DNA of 64,000 nt from Octopus vulgaris (Eukaryota): the NCBI GenBank assembly GCA_951406725.2, contig OX597820.1:100688001-100752000 (forward strand). Direction: 5' to 3'. Within the stretch, counting starts at the first letter, position 1. Each line of letters begins with the position of its first letter. Below, one piece after another: positions 39,730 to 51,993 of the stretch. A program made the position numbers and the translations under genes. The notes below the pieces were generated by a model. That model did not search any database and was not told the DNA's origin. It saw only the letters and a list, made by a program, of their open reading frames with translations.

Positions 39730-39826
39730 ATTCTTCCTTTTGTTTAATGAGATCTGGCCGCGTCTTGACAGCAACAAGTATTAGAAAAAGGCATAATGGC
39801 CAGATGATTTCCACACCAGCTCGGGA
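39730..39826 (-). CDS. ABCA1: ABCA1-like coding exon 2, TM1 (SRAGVEIIWPLCLFLILVAVKTRPDLIKQKEE)
   Basis: ttttccag| acceptor and T|GTAAGT donor; 97 nt, phase 0 to 1. E-x-x-W-P-L-x-x-F-L-I-L is the ABCA TM1 motif. Confidence 0.95.
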
Positions 39827-42167
39827 CTGGAAAATAGCAATAAAACATGTTATTGCAATAAGCAGAACAACTTTTTAGTTTAAGGTCATTTAATTTGTAT
39901 AAACAAGAGACTGGGCCAATTTTGATACAATCCAATCCATTATATTAATAGTGCTTCCTTTATTAAATAAATTCCAGTCAAAATATAACAGAATACAGCA
40001 ACTACAAAATATCAGGTAGTCTGTTAAGTAGGAGTTTCATAAAACCCAGAGATAGCCTTGTACCTTCAACCTGCAAGAAATAGCAATCAAATCTTCATGT
40101 TCATCACAACATGCCACCATCTTAAAAACAGGACACATTATACAACGTACATCAGAAGGCACAGTAACACACACAAAAAAAAAGATATAGAATGGTCATG
40201 ACTGGAATTCTTTCATCATGTTCAAAGATGTGGCAAAACCTATAAGAAAATAAACATCAACCCTTTAGCATTTGAACTACCTGCTTTATATCCAATTTGG
40301 CCATATCCCACCTCCAACACCTACCCTACTATGTCATTCTAAAAATAAACAATCACATCACTGAAATTTCGAAGCTATGAGATAAGGCATTATTAATTGA
40401 AAACAATGTGAATAAATAAGCATTACATTTGACAGAATAATCTGAATGCTAAAGGATTAATTCTACAACCAAAGAAGAAAGTTAGATATAAATCTCCTAA
40501 TTTGCAGTACCTAATTATCTTAAGGGACAATGGGATAGTGAATATAAGCATATGACAAGTAGTAGAAAAACTAATACGGGGAATATCCTTGATGTATAAT
40601 TGGGAAAATGATTAGCCAAACACATTTTTGTGTATTTGATATGTTACTGTTTAAACAAGTTATAACCTCCAAATGCTGCTATACACTCTCTACACATGCT
40701 TAATAGCATACATAGATCCTAAAATTATATTCCCATCAATGAAAATTTACCATATACCCTTAACCAAAGTACTTCTAACACCTGAGCCCTTCATCTATCA
40801 AAACTCAACAATACCTCCCACCAAAATATGTTTCCACTGTCTACAAATAGAAAAAGAATCCCACAATAAATCACCACTATCAACCTTTCAGAAACTATTA
40901 CTTTGAAGCTTACATCTATAAGCCCTTAATATCCATGATATCATCCCTGTTCATGCAACTGATTTCTACTGAGTTTCTCACCTCTTCTATACCCAACAGC
41001 ATCTTGACTTCTCAATACTCTAATTCACTTAATTAGATTAGCTTAGGCTAATTTAAACTAGTTCAGTCTAATCCTGGATCAAACCCTAGGCCTCCTCCCC
41101 ACTTCATAACTATTACAATCTTAATAATTATTTTCCACTGTGGGCAATAATGATTCTACGCTAAGCCATATGTTAGCTATGGGAGCCTCAGATATACACC
41201 TATCTGGGTATAGATCTATATCATAGGGGCATATGAATGCACACATACATAGCTATTAGACGTGATTTTATACTGAACTTCATCAATAGCAAAGCATGAG
41301 AGTATACATGTATGTGTGGACTTGTAGTTCTGTCTTGCTATACTTCATTTCATGATATATGCTACATCATTTGTAAATATGACAATTATAATGTACTTAT
41401 ATATATTAATCGAAAGCATTTCCATATTTTTGTAGTGATTATTAAGATATTGTAGTGATTCGAATATCCCAAAACAAAATCTGCATAGGTTGGGGCTATG
41501 TTGGTTCTCATCATGGTTCCAGCATTTTGTGGACAATTAACACGAAGCATGAAATAGGAGAGTGAATTTTAATCTTTAGATGATTAATTCCTTTCTTAGG
41601 CATTATGGTAATTCACATGCAAAATTTTGGGGGCAGAATTTTATAATGTCTATTATATAATTGTGAGTAATGTTTGTAAAAATATTTCACGATATACCAA
41701 AGAAATTCAGCTTCAGGTGCATGCATGGCTGTGTGGTAAGCAGCTTGCTTCCCAACCAGATGGCTCCAGGTTCAGTCCCACTGCATGGCACCTTGGACAT
41801 GTATTTTCTGCTGTAGTCTTGGGCCAACCAAAGCTTTGTGAGTGGATTTGGTAGATGGAAATTGAATGAAGCCCGTTCCGTTCCGTTCCATTCCTTCCGT
41901 CCGTCAGTCCGTCCGTCCGTCCACCCACCCACCCATCCATCCATCTGTGTGCAGGTGTGAGAGGCTAGATCTGGCTGATTTGAATATAAAACTTGTAAAA
42001 TATTTTGGCCAGATACAGCCAGTTTCAAGACTAAAGGGTTAAATTAATGAAGGGAGTGCAGAATTCTTTTATCTATGCTAAAAGAGAATATGCAATGCAA
42101 AAAGTTAAAAACTACAATCAACAGAAAGAAATGCAAAAGATTGACTGTATTTACGTATGTAAAAATT

Positions 42168-43161
42168 TGTAGAAACAACCGTGCAAAGGAGAGGTGACGA
42201 TGAATGGCTCCTTTAATACATCACACGGTCGATTACAATATATACGAAAAGAATAAATGAGTATGAGTGCCAGCAGGAAAAGTGTGAGACACAACTGGTA
42301 GAATGTTAAAGAAAAGATTTTATTGATAGATTAATATGTGTGTCTGTGTGTGCGTCATATATGCATAATAATAATAATAACAATATACAGGCCGTCATGT
42401 ATACAAAGTGTGTATGTAGAAACATGGATGTATGCGTGTGCGATAAGTACAGAGCATTGAAAGAGTCTATAATAGGATGCTAGAAGAATGTTTAGACACA
42501 AGGATGAATAAACACCAGTTCATAGCCAAGGTGCACGATGGTGAAGTGCTGTAACAAGAAGTTGAGGTGAAGAAGCAGAGCCTGTGCGGTACATGTACGA
42601 AGTGGTGGCTACAATGCTGCTGCCGGGTTACTTGGTACAGAAGATTCTCGCAGGTTGTGTTTGCTGTTAACCAAGGTGAAGTAATTCACGAACAGTGTTG
42701 AGATGAACCTGTGCGACGGTTGCTGTGTACATAGAGGGATGTTAATGACGTTAAGATGAAGGCGACGGAGATGGAGATTGCTATATGCTGTTGGTCGAAT
42801 GTTGAGTCTCCATTGTGGCTGCTGGTGTTGTTGCTGGAACTGGTTGTGTCCTGTGTGGTCAGTGGCTCAACCTAAAAAGGTCTGGAACTGACTGACTTCG
42901 TCTTGGTGTTGAAGCTAGCATTTTATAGCAAACTATCGGCTCACCGGAGTATTTGGAAGAGACTGTCTCTCATGACTTTATCAGAAGGCTGCGATTGGTT
43001 GGGTTGTACATTGGTGCATAATAAAGCAAGAGACAAACTGCACCAACACCAACCAATCAGAGTAGTGGACACAACAGGGTCCAAGTGGCAGAAGGGTAGC
43101 TGTTATTTACTATGTCCGTATTCATGTATATATAATAAAGAGAGAGAGACAGTCCACTACA
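42168..43161 (-). mobile_element. Probable solo LTR (~1 kb)
   Basis: TGTAG...CTACA ends. On the minus strand, CCAAT-like boxes precede TATAAAA (~42920) and then AATAAA (~42318). CpG-richer than flanks. TSD not found. Confidence 0.5.
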
Positions 43162-43196
43162 GATAAATCAATGGATTAACATCTATATTCCTATTT

Positions 43197-43357
43197 ATCA
43201 TCATCATCGTTTAGCATCCGCTTTCCATGCTGGCATGGGTTGGACGGTTCAACTGGGGTCTGGGAAGCCAGGAGGCTGCACCAGGCCCAGTCTGATCTGG
43301 CAATGTTTCTATGGCTGGATGCCCTTCCTAATGCCAGTGTACCCTTCCTAACGCCAA
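43197..43357 (-). mobile_element. Family C retroposon 3' fragment
   Basis: Reverse complement of the family C tail. Confidence 0.8.
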
Positions 43358-43682
43358 TATATGTTATATATGTTATTATTAATTGAAGAATGTTAAATAT
43401 TTAATTTATTACTATTAACAACAATTTATTACTATTAACAACAGTCATTAACCCTGTTAATGTGAATTAACATTCTAGTTGTGAATTTATACAACCATTA
43501 ATAAATACAAAGCCATGATTATCATGAAAGAGGTGAAACCATTTGCAAAGATTAAAAGGATTTTATGATGGCTACATGAACATTTCATTTTTATTATAAA
43601 GTTTCATCATAAAGATATCAATGCATATTCCTTTTTGGATTCTTTTTAATGTTATATGATGCATGTGAAATTTACTTTCTCA

Positions 43683-43720
<38 letters not shown>

Positions 43721-45796
43721 ACATGCATACATGTGTAAGTATGTGCATTATTTTGCTGTTATCAAGAAATTTTTTCTTGCTAATTTTAAGTCACTGGCTA
43801 TTATATTTTAATAGAAATTTTATTCCACCAAAATTTCTAACAAAAGCAAAGGAAATTACTTCTACCCATTATGTCATAGAATTCTCACTCCTTTACCGGC
43901 AACCACCATGTTAGCAATTCCACAATTTGGTTCAAGATAGCCAATAAGACAATCAGCCTTATTTAGAAGTCATGACTGCCTCACCACTCAATACTGATCT
44001 GTCTAAATGATCAGATAATTATGTATTTCTAAAACTTTTAGCAATACAAACCTAGATTAAATTCTAACTAAATATACAAGTATGCATATGTGTGTGTGTA
44101 TGTATATGCACTTTATATATGGATATGTATAAAACATAAAGAATACAAAATGCCCACTGCCAACTCTTTGCCATCTTTGTACCCGCCTGTTTCACATGAG
44201 GATTAGACTTTTCATCAACATCAACATGAACAAACCATTCAATCAAGAGGAAAGTGAATTTCTCAGACACAGGAATGAGTAGAAGATGGTGTATATAAAT
44301 ATTTATATACACTTATTCATTAGCAACAGAGGTGTATTAATACCGAGAGGTAATATTTATCCCCACTTAAATATTGCCTCTGTCGCTAATAAATATTTTT
44401 TAATAGGTGAACTGGCTAATTGCAACATCAGCACCTGTTGTGGCACTGTTATTCTACGAATTGCTGGCAAGGAGATGAGTTGCTGCTATCTCTAGCAGTC
44501 AAGTGTCTATCATTGATAAGACTAAAGAAGGTCAAAATCATGTGACCTAGTGGTCTTTGGGGTGAAGGTAGCAGGGATTTATCTCCTTGCTAGCGATAAA
44601 AGCATATGTGCATTTTGCACCAAAAACAACTAATGTGAGAGTGTCCCTCATGGTGTCTACCACATTACAGTTTGTTCTAACAGAACATCCATTTTTAAGA
44701 GATAAAAAAAAAATTAACATATATGCCGGTACGGAAAACAAACACTAAATGATGATGATGATGATAGTTATGTTTCTTCTCCACAGAATTAATAGTTCAA
44801 AAATTTGTAATCTTATTAACATACACACACATACACACACACATATAATAGACAAGCACGGCTACAGTTAAGAAGTTTGCTTCCCAGTCACATGATTTCA
44901 AGCTCTGTGTGTGTGTGTGTGTGTGTGTATATGGCTGTGAGTGTATGTTTTTGTCTCCTTGTCTTGACAGCATGTGATAGTTTGTAAATGAAGCAGGGTC
45001 GTTCATTTCTAATATTCTATGAGAATATGTCTGGCCATGGGGAAATATCACTTTACTTGGAAACAGGTGAGGGTTGACATTAGGATAGTCATCCATCCAC
45101 AGAAAATCTGCCTCAATAAAAAATCATATCCAACCCGTGCTAGCATGAAAAACTGGACATTAAAACGATGTATGAAAGTATTTAACAACTGAAGTCTACA
45201 TCAATTACTAACAAAAACAAAAAATAAATTATTATTGGCTCTAAGTATTAGGAAAAAATCAGATATTCCACCACGAGTCAGCAATTGCTTCAGTCCTAAG
45301 CAGTTCTTACTATTTGCTAATCCTAAGCTTGGATTTATCATTCTTTTTCATACCTGAACATAGGTCATCAAATCCAGTTGAAATTATAAGATTTTCATGC
45401 ATTAATCAATTACAAACAACAGCCTTTATCCTCCAACTGTATCATTGTTGTTTATATATTGTGGGGGGAAAACGGTGGCTAATGTCAATAATTTATCAGA
45501 CAAGCTGTGATATTAATAGATCAAGGAATCATATCTTGTAACCACCAGTACATCATATATACTGGTGGTTACAATATGTGAGCCATTTTATGGTACCTAG
45601 CTTACAACATACTTTTGTTATCACATTTCTTTTGAAATTCACTGTTTTCTTCCAATTAATTTCAAAAACATTGAAGAATACAGTAAAATAACTGCATCAA
45701 TATTAAATTGATGTTTGGAATGTAAATTAATAAGAAATTTCAATAGGAAGTTATAATTCAGATCACCTTTAAAATGTTTATTTACAATGTATATTC

Positions 45797-46017
45797 TCTC
45801 TTTTCTCTCTTTTACTTGTTTCAGTCATTTGACTGCAGCCATGCTGGAGCACCGCCTTTATTTGAGCAAACCAACCCCAGGACTTATTCTTTGAAAGCTT
45901 AGTGCTTATTCTATCAGTCTCTTTTGCCGAACTGCTAAGTTACAGGGACATAAACACACCAGCATCGGTTGTCAAGTGATGTTGGGGGTGACAAACAGAC
46001 ACACAAATATACACACG

Positions 46018-46058
<41 letters not shown>

Positions 46059-46215
46059 CGGGCTTCTTTCAGTTTCCATCTACCAAATCCACTCACAAGC
46101 CTTTGGTCAGCCCGAGACTATAGTAGAAGACACTTGCCCAAGGTGCCACGCAGTGGGGCTGAACCTGGAACCATGTGATTCGTAAGCAAGATACTTACCA
46201 CACAGCCACTCCTAC
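45797..46215 (-). mobile_element. Family A SINE
   Basis: Matches 33178-33597. Confidence 0.85.
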
Positions 46216-47433
46216 TTTATTGAACATAGAGGAATGAAAATCAAAATCAGCCATTGCTAGATTTTAAATCAGAACACAAAGGTGTGACACTGACATTTTG
46301 TCCAGTGTTTCATTATTTCTAGCCTCTACAAACATTAACAGTGGAATAATGCAGCAGCATTAGGTTATATATTTGAAAAGGATGTATTTACTCAAATTAA
46401 TACAGTGTGTGCCTGGTACTTCAAAGGATTCGAAGTCAACCTTGAAACAAATGTGACTTGAATTTAGATATTTAGTCTGACCTTATCATTTCTTCCACTC
46501 CACCTCTCCAGACCAGTATGAATTATAACAAGTACCATGTTGGATATGGTTAGTATATAAAATTTGTTCAATAAAGCATGATTGTAATTCAAGAGGAGGA
46601 GCAAGTTCAAACATTTTGAGCAGAGTCTTTCTTCAAAGAATTGTAAAGTATTTCTCATTTCTTTGAGGAAGGACTCTGCTCAAAATGTTTTCTAGATGAA
46701 AGACTCTCTCTCCCTGAATTACTCAAAAGCCAGAACAGACTTCTCTACAAAGAAATGATTTTATAATTTATTTTTCAATACAGACTGTCACTAATTTCTT
46801 CAGATTAGTTCTTATGTTTACTTGTCAACTATAAGTGTTAAATTAGTTACTCTTTCAGTAAAATTGATTTCTAGTCATCTTACATATTGAAGACAACAAT
46901 GATTATAATAGAGTCCCAAATTATGCTGAAATATTGTACACAAACCATTTTAAACAATCAGGTTACTTCTGTATTTGCCTGGTATGCTAATACTATATCA
47001 TGGCATTCCAAATTTAGTTTGCAGGAGAGTTCTTAATTTTAAATTGATTAGCAACATCTTCTTGAGCAAATTATTAAAGTAGTTTTCAAGATATTTTTTC
47101 TAAGATTTGGTCATCATCTTTTTAAAATATATTACATTTACCGTCAACCAAGTAGACAGTAAACAACAAAACATGCAGCAATCTGTCTGCTTAGTCTGCT
47201 TCTGTTCACTGCAGTGTGTATGTTTTTATTCAATAATTAATATAAGTGAGGGGAAGAGAAATAAAAAGATTATTACTAGCATTCATATAACTAAGTTGGA
47301 AAATTTTGTCTCAGACAATTCATAATATATTAAACTGAGATGAGATTGCAAATTTCGTTTACCTAGAGCTCAGAGTATCAATTAAATGCAATGAATATAC
47401 ACAAAGAATATTATAATGACAGCAAAAAAAGTA

Positions 47434-47757
47434 CATTATCTACTTTATTTACATTCGACAGATATTTGTCCTCATCTTGTTTGTTGTTAACACGTTTTGG
47501 CTGATATACCCTCCAGCCTTCTTCAGATGTCTTGGGAAAATTTCAAACCTGGGTTCTCATTCCTAAGGTATTTTTCGATGTAATTATTATTATTATTATT
47601 ATTGTTGTTATTGTTCAGGTCACTGCTTTGAATCGAACTTGGAATCTTGGGGTTAGTAGCCCACGCTCTTAACCACTACGCCATGGGCATATGCATAGTG
47701 GTTAAGAGTAAATGTAAATAATGTACATAATTCCTTATCTCTTAAATATAGAACTGT
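47434..47757 (-). mobile_element. tRNA-headed, hammerhead-like fold-back retroelement with a 13-bp TSD
   Basis: TSD AGCAAAAAAAGTA (47421-47433) / AGCAACAAAAGTA (47758-47770). Minus-strand TGGCGTAGTGG A box and AGTTCGATTC B box. CTGAAGA-AGGCTG..CAGCC-aAAAC core. Central palindrome 47666-47708. Confidence 0.75.
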
Positions 47758-48038
47758 AGCAACAAAAGTATTTTGACAGCTTTATTTCCATTTTTATTTA
47801 TGCAAGAGTTTATCTTATATGAGTATTGGTTTAAGTTACATTAGTGTAACTAAATGGACAACATTCACCTCACCATCAAAGCAACCTGCCCCACAACATC
47901 TCTTTGCTATCCCTCATACTTCAACTCTTCCACATTGATTATACTGTGTAACAAATTTTTATTCTTTTTTTTTGTCTTTGGTCAGTAAGTGTTATTTCCT
48001 ATTTACTTCTAACTAGAAATCAAAGAAAATGACTACTA

Positions 48039-48353
48039 TTCCATTCAAACTTTGCTTTTGTGACCTCGCCACCAATGTTCTGAGACTGACCTATTTTCCA
48101 TTACATTTCAGACAGATTCAGAGCTGAGTTGCTGAAGCAGAAATATCACTATAGCAAATATTCTGCTCAATACCTCAGATGTGCTTGCCAGTTGCTTCGC
48201 CTTAACCGCTTGAGCATGTCCCTAAGTGGCTGACAATATATGCATCTCTGATCATGAGCAGGAGTAGAGTTGGGAGGGGTGCCTCATAGCCATGTATTGA
48301 GAGGCTTTAATTTAGTATTTGGATAAATGTAACAAAAGCAAAGTTTGAAGGAA
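48039..48353. mobile_element. MITE-like element with ~25-bp inverted ends
   Basis: TTCCATTCAAACTTTGCTTTTGTGAC ... GTAACAAAAGCAAAGTTTGAAGGAA. Confidence 0.55.
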
Positions 48354-48918
48354 ATATTAGCAATTTAGGAATTTAGGAATTAACAGTTGCTACACAACAA
48401 CAAAAATCATGTTACGCAGTATTACTCTTATCAGACAACTCTATTAGGTATGACCCTCTATAAATCTCAATCAAAATAAATAACCCCAAAATCCATTTGA
48501 TTCAGTTACTGTACAGAGAACAAATTCTCCCAGCAATTTGGTCCTTTGCTAGTAAGTTCTCAGTTAATCTGCAAAATCCCTTACTATGCTATTTCTCAAC
48601 TAAGGTATCTCTGAAAGTCGCTCTCAACAAATAAACTCACTACCTTTACTCCCCATTTTGCTTCCAAGTCCACAATGCGCACAAAAGAAATCTTTCCGAA
48701 TTTTCTTACTCAGCTCCACCTTCCACACCACCAAATGTAAATGCTTCTTTGGTCACTCCAACCCAACAAGGATACCAAGACTGAGGCATTCCAGCTGAAC
48801 ATTAAACATACCAACTTTACCTCCATCTAATTGATAAAAACAGGTTTGATGATTCAAATAGGAAAAATAGAAATCAAAACAGGAGTGTATATATATATAT
48901 ATACATACAAATATATAT

Positions 48919-49279
48919 AAGCAATAATAAATCTCTGAACGAGGTATAGACAGTAACTGCACGACAATGTGAAGTATATTTGCCATCTCAATATGGCTAA
49001 CCACTAAGGGTGGATGTTACTGTAGCTTGTAGCCCCAGGAGAACATCTCCTCCAGCTGGCTATTGACATACTTTCTGTGCCCTATCAGTATTAGCAAAGG
49101 GAGGTCATCCTTCCCTCGTCAACCTAAGTGACTGCAGTTTCTGGGTATTGACCCGTCATCAGCGCACGACAATCACTGGTTTTCTATGGAAAGGTCCCAA
49201 TGCAAATATTTATATCCTTTTTCCAGTGACTTTTCGTCACTGATCTTGAAAAAGTGTATACAAGCAATAATAAATCTCT
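48919..49279 (-). mobile_element. 343-bp hammerhead-containing unit with terminal direct redundancy (retrozyme or Penelope pLTR-like)
   Basis: AAGCAATAATAAATCTCT at 48919-48936 and 49262-49279; (TA)n tracts nearby on both sides. Confidence 0.6.
49118..49170 (-). ncRNA. Minimal type I hammerhead ribozyme motif
   Basis: CTGATGA-c-GGG-tcaata-CCC-a-GAAA-C-TGCA-G-TC. Complete catalytic core, palindromic stem III (ACTGCAGT), GUC triplet. Stem I is weak. Confidence 0.6.
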
Positions 49280-49328
49280 AAAACAAGTAAAAGATAAAGC
49301 ATAAATATATATATATATATACATATAT

Positions 49329-49797
49329 TCAAAATAAGCAACAAGGATATCCAGAGGTAGTGCTGTATGATCATTTCATGCAACTCCATTTAATTGAACA
49401 ATGCAAACATTACATCAATTTAAAATGTAGAGCAATCTTCAGCTGATAAACTAGTCTGTAAATTAAAACTAAACATTCTCCCACCACCACTAGTAAATCT
49501 GAATAACAAAAATAATCAGTGATAAGCAGTGTCTTTTTCGAAAAAATCTCAGTTACAACTGTGATGTTGTTGATAAAACATGTTCTTTGTCTTATCTATT
49601 TATCCTTTTGGTGATTTTGAATAAAAAGAAACTTATACAAATGAGTCCTTCCAATTTAACTAAATTCTATATTTTTTAGGCAACTGAAGATTGCTCTACA
49701 TCTTAAATTGATGTAATGTTTGCATTGTTCAATTAAATGGAGTTGCATGAAACAATCGTACTGCATTACCTCTGGATATCCTTGTTGCTTATTTTGA
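49329..49797. mobile_element. Fold-back element with 114-bp inverted arms, each carrying a hammerhead-like motif with a long stem II
   Basis: Arms 49329-49442 and 49684-49797, no indels. Plus strand: CTGAAGA (49684)...GAAAC-aatc-GTA (49749-49760). Confidence 0.7.
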
Positions 49798-50177
49798 TTA
49801 TAATCATGCCATTTTGAATTATATGGATAATACCATACTAAATTCTGGTGCCTTTAACTTATGTACCATATTCATCTGAATCTATATATATATATATATC
49901 TTTGTGTGTGTGTGTATGTGTGTGTGTGTGTGTTATTAATATTAAGCAGAAGTAAGAGTAACTCAAGAGCCAGGAGTTTCGTGCTAACACACAAAACTCT
50001 TGGCCCTTGAGTCACTGTTGCTTCTGTTAAATATTAGCAAAAACATTAACAAATAAGAATATTCTAAATTCAGACCCCCATCCAGGTTTGACTTTATATA
50101 ATATCCACCCCACCCACCACACAGTGGGAAAAAAAGAAAGTAAGGAAATCGATTTGAACTGTTTTTTTTCAGTCTAT

Positions 50178-50307
50178 TTCCCAACAACATGGTTCTGGGC
50201 TTAGTCCCACTGCATGGCACCTTGGCCAAGCGTCTTTTACTATAGCCTTGGGCTGACCAAAGCCTTGTGAGTAAATCTGGTAGAAGGAAACTGAAAGAAA
50301 CCTACTA

Positions 50308-50338
<31 letters not shown>

Positions 50339-50562
50339 ATGTATGTCTGTATGTGTGTGTCTTTGTGCTTGTCCCACACCACCACTTGACAAATGGTGTT
50401 GGTGTGTTTATATCGAAGTAATTTAGCAGTTTGGCAAAAGACAATGATAGAATAAGTACCAAGCTTTAAAAAATAAGTACTAAGGTCGATTGATTCTACT
50501 AAAATTCTTCAAGTGGTGCCCCAGCATGGCCACAGTTTAATGACTGAAACAAGTAAAAGATA
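50178..50562 (+). mobile_element. Family A SINE
   Basis: Matches other family A copies. Confidence 0.8.
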
Positions 50563-50689
50563 AAGCATAAAAGATACTCCCTGAATTTTGGGCCTTGTGC
50601 CTAGAGTAGAAAAGAATATTGAAGAAGAGAAAGAAAACGGAAATAGGAAAGCTTCTGACAGATAAGTATTCATCTTCTTATACAGCCTG

Positions 50690-51192
50690 AGGCTGACTCA
50701 ACATGGAGGCCTATATCAAGTGCCTGGTGGAGGTAGTGCTGCCCTGGGTCAAGAGGATGGCTGTTGGAAGACTCTATATCTGGCAACATGACTCTGCAAC
50801 ATGCCACACAGTCATGGCTGTCAGACAATTTCTGCAACCACATCACCCTTAACATCTGGCCACATAACTCCCCACGCCTTGATTATTATGTGTGGGGTGC
50901 AGTTGGGTGAGAGACCAACAAAACTCTTTGCAACAGTAAAGATGAACTGAAGGCAAGGATAATGGCAACATTCACCAACTTAAATAAGGAGACCATCCAG
51001 AAGAGTTGCAGGAGATTCTGAAGTTGCCTGGAAGCCATAGTTGAAGCCAATGGCAATTTTATTGAATAAATTTACTCACTAGTATTTCAAGATATTTTAA
51101 AGTAATTTTGGTAAATATATTTGTTAAAATGAGATGTCAGTGTTATTTTCATTTTTGCATAATTTAGACAACAGTTTATTCACAGCACCCTG
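50690..51192 (+). mobile_element. Tc1/mariner (DD37D/maT-like) transposase 3' fragment with right TIR
   Basis: YIKCLVEVVLPWV..YIWQHDSATCH..IWPHNSP..LDYYVWGAV with frameshifts; ends GCACCCTG|TA. Confidence 0.8.
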
Positions 51193-51572
51193 TATATATT
51201 TCAATTGCTGCTAAGACACTAAGTACAGTCAACAGTGACACACATATAAATAAGAATGTTATAAAAGAAAGATATGACAGTATCGATAGATTTGTCCAAC
51301 ACACATTTTGCCTTCTACAAAGATAATGTTCTTGACAGGCAGCCATGTACTTAAGATTACTTATTACTCACTCAGTTATATGCACTCATCTGATTTATTA
51401 GCCAACAAGTGACATGCTACCAACAGTAGACAAAACTTCTTAAAATTGCATGCAATCATCATAAAATAAAAAAGAACAACATATTGAACAGTGAAGTTTT
51501 AAACCTATGTCTCAAAAAAAAAAAAGACAGAATGGTCATAACTGGAACTTATTTGATCATAAGTCTGTGGCT

Positions 51573-51817
51573 TAACCCTTTGCTTGTCTTGTGCATCACA
51601 TGTGACATGTAGGACATATTTCCCTGTGCATCATATACGATACACATTCTTAATTTTTTCTTTTACTTTTTTCAACAACTATAGTAACTTGGGACTTATG
51701 AGAAGAAAGCTTTATATTACACAGAACATATGAAACAAGGTCTAACTAAAAGTCTGAAAACAAGCATGGATGATTAGAATAAAGTTATGAAAATGCTTTG
51801 GACAAGGAAAAGGTTAA
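51573..51817. mobile_element. TTAA-flanked MITE (piggyBac-type)
   Basis: TTAACCCTTTGCTTGTC ... GACAAGGAAAAGGTTAA inverted ends. Confidence 0.6.
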
Positions 51818-51903
51818 CAACAATTCATGTATATCAATAGATAGTGAAAAATAAAAATCAATGATATTGAAAATTACAAATGACTTCTGAAAGTTTTACT
51901 TAC

Positions 51904-51969
51904 TAAATTTCTCTTATGTAAAGTTAAGTTCTTCCATGTCAATATAGTTAAATGTCTGAAAGATTCCAT
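51904..51969 (-). CDS. ABCA1: ABCA1/ABCA4-like transporter, first coding exon (MESFRHLTILTWKNLTLHKRNL); the exon including 5'UTR spans 51904-52006
   Basis: ATG at 51967-51969. The ABCA N-terminal motif L-x-W-K-N-x-T-x-x-x-R is present. 66 coding nt, as I recall for human ABCA1 exon 2. Donor TTA|GTAAGT; upstream acceptor ttttgcag|A. Confidence 0.93.
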
Positions 51970-51984
51970 CACAGAATTCTTTGT

Positions 51985-51993
51985 CTATATCAT
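51985..51993 (-). promoter_or_regulatory. Minimal uORF (ATG ATA TAG) 15 nt upstream of the ABCA start codon
   Basis: Read directly within the spliced 5'UTR part of the first coding exon. Confidence 0.6.

Noticed and set aside
47620-47690. tRNA gene candidate (also the heads at 39, 16380 and 18403)
   Set aside because: No proper acceptor stem or poly-T terminator; these are SINE heads.
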